In this document: positions 63,028 through 64,000 of the stretch, piece after piece
How positions within the stretch are numbered: position 1 is the first letter of the stretch
How the letters are laid out: every line of letters starts with the position of its first letter
DNA from: a bacterium
GTDB lineage: Bacteria > Myxococcota_A > UBA9160 > UBA6930
Length of the DNA: 64,000 nt
Reading direction: 5' to 3'
NCBI GenBank assembly: GCA_024226235.1
Contig: JAAELW010000122.1
Coordinates: forward strand, 7,953-71,952
Notes under the pieces: generated by a model
What the model was told of the DNA's origin: nothing
Database searches by the model: none
What the model saw: the letters and a program-made list of their open reading frames with translations, nothing else
Position numbers and translations under genes: made by a program

Positions 63028-64000
63028 CTACCCGAGCACCAGCTCCGCCGCGGTGCGGATCTGTCCGGGATCGGTGGGCATCAGCAGCAGATGGGTCACC
63101 GGTGTCTCTCTCCACGCGTCCAGCCGTTCGCGGATGCGCTCCGGCGGGCCTACCAGCGAGATCTCGTCACAGAACTCGTCCGGAACGGCCTGGGTGGCTT
63201 CTTCGCGCTTTCCTTCCATGAAGAGCTCCTGGACCTTCTCGGCTTCCGCCTCGAAGCCCATCCGGGCCATCAACTCCTTGTGGAAGTTCCGCTTCATCGA
63301 GCCCATGCCGCCGATGTAGAAGCCGAGGATCGATTTCATCGGCATGAGCCCGGCCTTCACGTCGTCGGTGACCTGGATGCTCACCCCGGCGCAGATCTCG
63401 AACCCCTCCGGTGCATTCTTCAGCGAATCCGAATACACCTCGGGGCGGAAGGGCGAGTAGTAGAGCGGTAGCCAGCCTTGGCACATCTCCGCTGCCAGGG
63501 CCACGTTCTTCGGCCCCTCTGCGCCCAGGAAGATCGGCACGTCCGCGCGCAAAGGGTGGGTGATCGGCTTCAGCGATTTCCCCATTCCCCAGGCACCTTC
63601 GCCCGTGTACGGCAGTGGATAGTGGGGGCCTGGGTTCTGCACCGGAGCCTCCCGGCGAAACACCTGCTGAATGATGTCCACATACTCGCGGGTTCGGGAG
63701 AGAGGCTTTGCGAAGGGCTGGCCGTACCAGCCCTCCACGACCTGGGGTCCGGAGACTCCGAGGCCCAGCACCAGCCTGCCCTTCGAAAGGTGATCGAGAG
63801 TCAGCGCGTGCATGGCTGTCGCCGTCGGCGTACGGGCCGATATCTGCACCACCGACGTCCCCAGCCGGATGCGTTCCGTGTGGGCGGCGATCCAGGTGAG
63901 CGGCGTGAACGCGTCGGAGCCCCAGGACTCGGCAGTGAAGACGATGTCGAAGCCGAGCCGCTCTGCCTCCTGCGCGGTCTCGACGAAATTTGCGGGGGGC
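63028..64000 (-). CDS. LLM-class (luciferase-like) flavin/F420-dependent oxidoreductase, 5' end beyond the window
   Basis: LDHLSKGRLVLGLGVSGPQVVEGWYG is typical of LLM/F420 oxidoreductases. The frame stays open to position 64000 (..FVETAQEAERLGFDIVFTAESWGSDAF..), so the 63852 'M' is an internal GTG. Confidence 0.8.
   Translation of the reverse strand, partial: PPANFVETAQEAERLGFDIVFTAESWGSDAFTPLTWIAAHTERIRLGTSVVQISARTPTATAMHALTLDHLSKGRLVLGLGVSGPQVVEGWYGQPFAKPLSRTREYVDIIQQVFRREAPVQNPGPHYPLPYTGEGAWGMGKSLKPITHPLRADVPIFLGAEGPKNVALAAEMCQGWLPLYYSPFRPEVYSDSLKNAPEGFEICAGVSIQVTDDVKAGLMPMKSILGFYIGGMGSMKRNFHKELMARMGFEAEAEKVQELFMEGKREEATQAVPDEFCDEISLVGPPERIRERLDAWRETPVTHLLLMPTDPGQIRTAAELVLG

Overview
This is a GC-rich, gene-dense chromosomal segment from a Gram-negative (diderm) bacterium. 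The domain repertoire (PATAN/DUF4388, MJ0042-type Zn-ribbon, RemA, LpxI, F420/LLM) suggests Myxococcota or a related 'delta-proteobacterial' lineage, but that is my inference and is not computed. All calls rest on reading the supplied six-frame translations for family motifs and on start/stop context; no database search was possible.

Layout:
- (1) ribH-nusB plus a coupled orphan M17-N-terminal-like gene.
- (2) A ~14 kb chemosensory-type cluster (1933-16195). It holds CheY, CheA, 2x CheW, MCP, CheR, CheB and a second CheY. Interleaved with these are four non-canonical proteins: a PATAN/GAF-like protein, a Zn-ribbon/pseudo-receiver protein, a 690-aa HEAT-repeat protein and a coiled-coil GAF protein.
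- (3) Housekeeping genes: lptE-holA, rpsT, an orphan membrane protein plus a second PATAN protein, phoH-ybeY-lnt, prfB (with its +1 frameshift) and lysS.
- (4) A large envelope-biogenesis block: lolCE-lolD, bamA, skp, lpxA, lpxI, Gfo/Idh/MocA oxidoreductase, lpxB, waaA and lpxK. A RAYT/IS200-like Y1 transposase bracketed by ~170-190 bp inverted repeats follows. Then come a Kdo/LPS-kinase-like gene, lptF/G, 2x GT9 heptosyltransferase, GT2, an SDR epimerase and a heptose-7-P kinase.
- (5) yicC-remA-gmk, an antisense membrane protein where rpoZ usually sits, and relA/spoT.
- (6) GT2-GT4-GHMP kinase, HDOD-GGDEF, msbA-like, a CrtI-like oxidoreductase, purM and a truncated LLM oxidoreductase.

No rRNA, tRNA, CRISPR array or prophage was seen. 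The best candidate for an uncharacterised system is the accessory module inside the che-like operon. Secondary curiosities are the RAYT element, N-terminal extensions on LolE and BamA, a GnnA-like oxidoreductase in the lpx cluster, and a 35-bp junction duplication that creates a bridging mini-ORF. The many long ORFs antisense to real genes are high-GC shadow ORFs and were not called.
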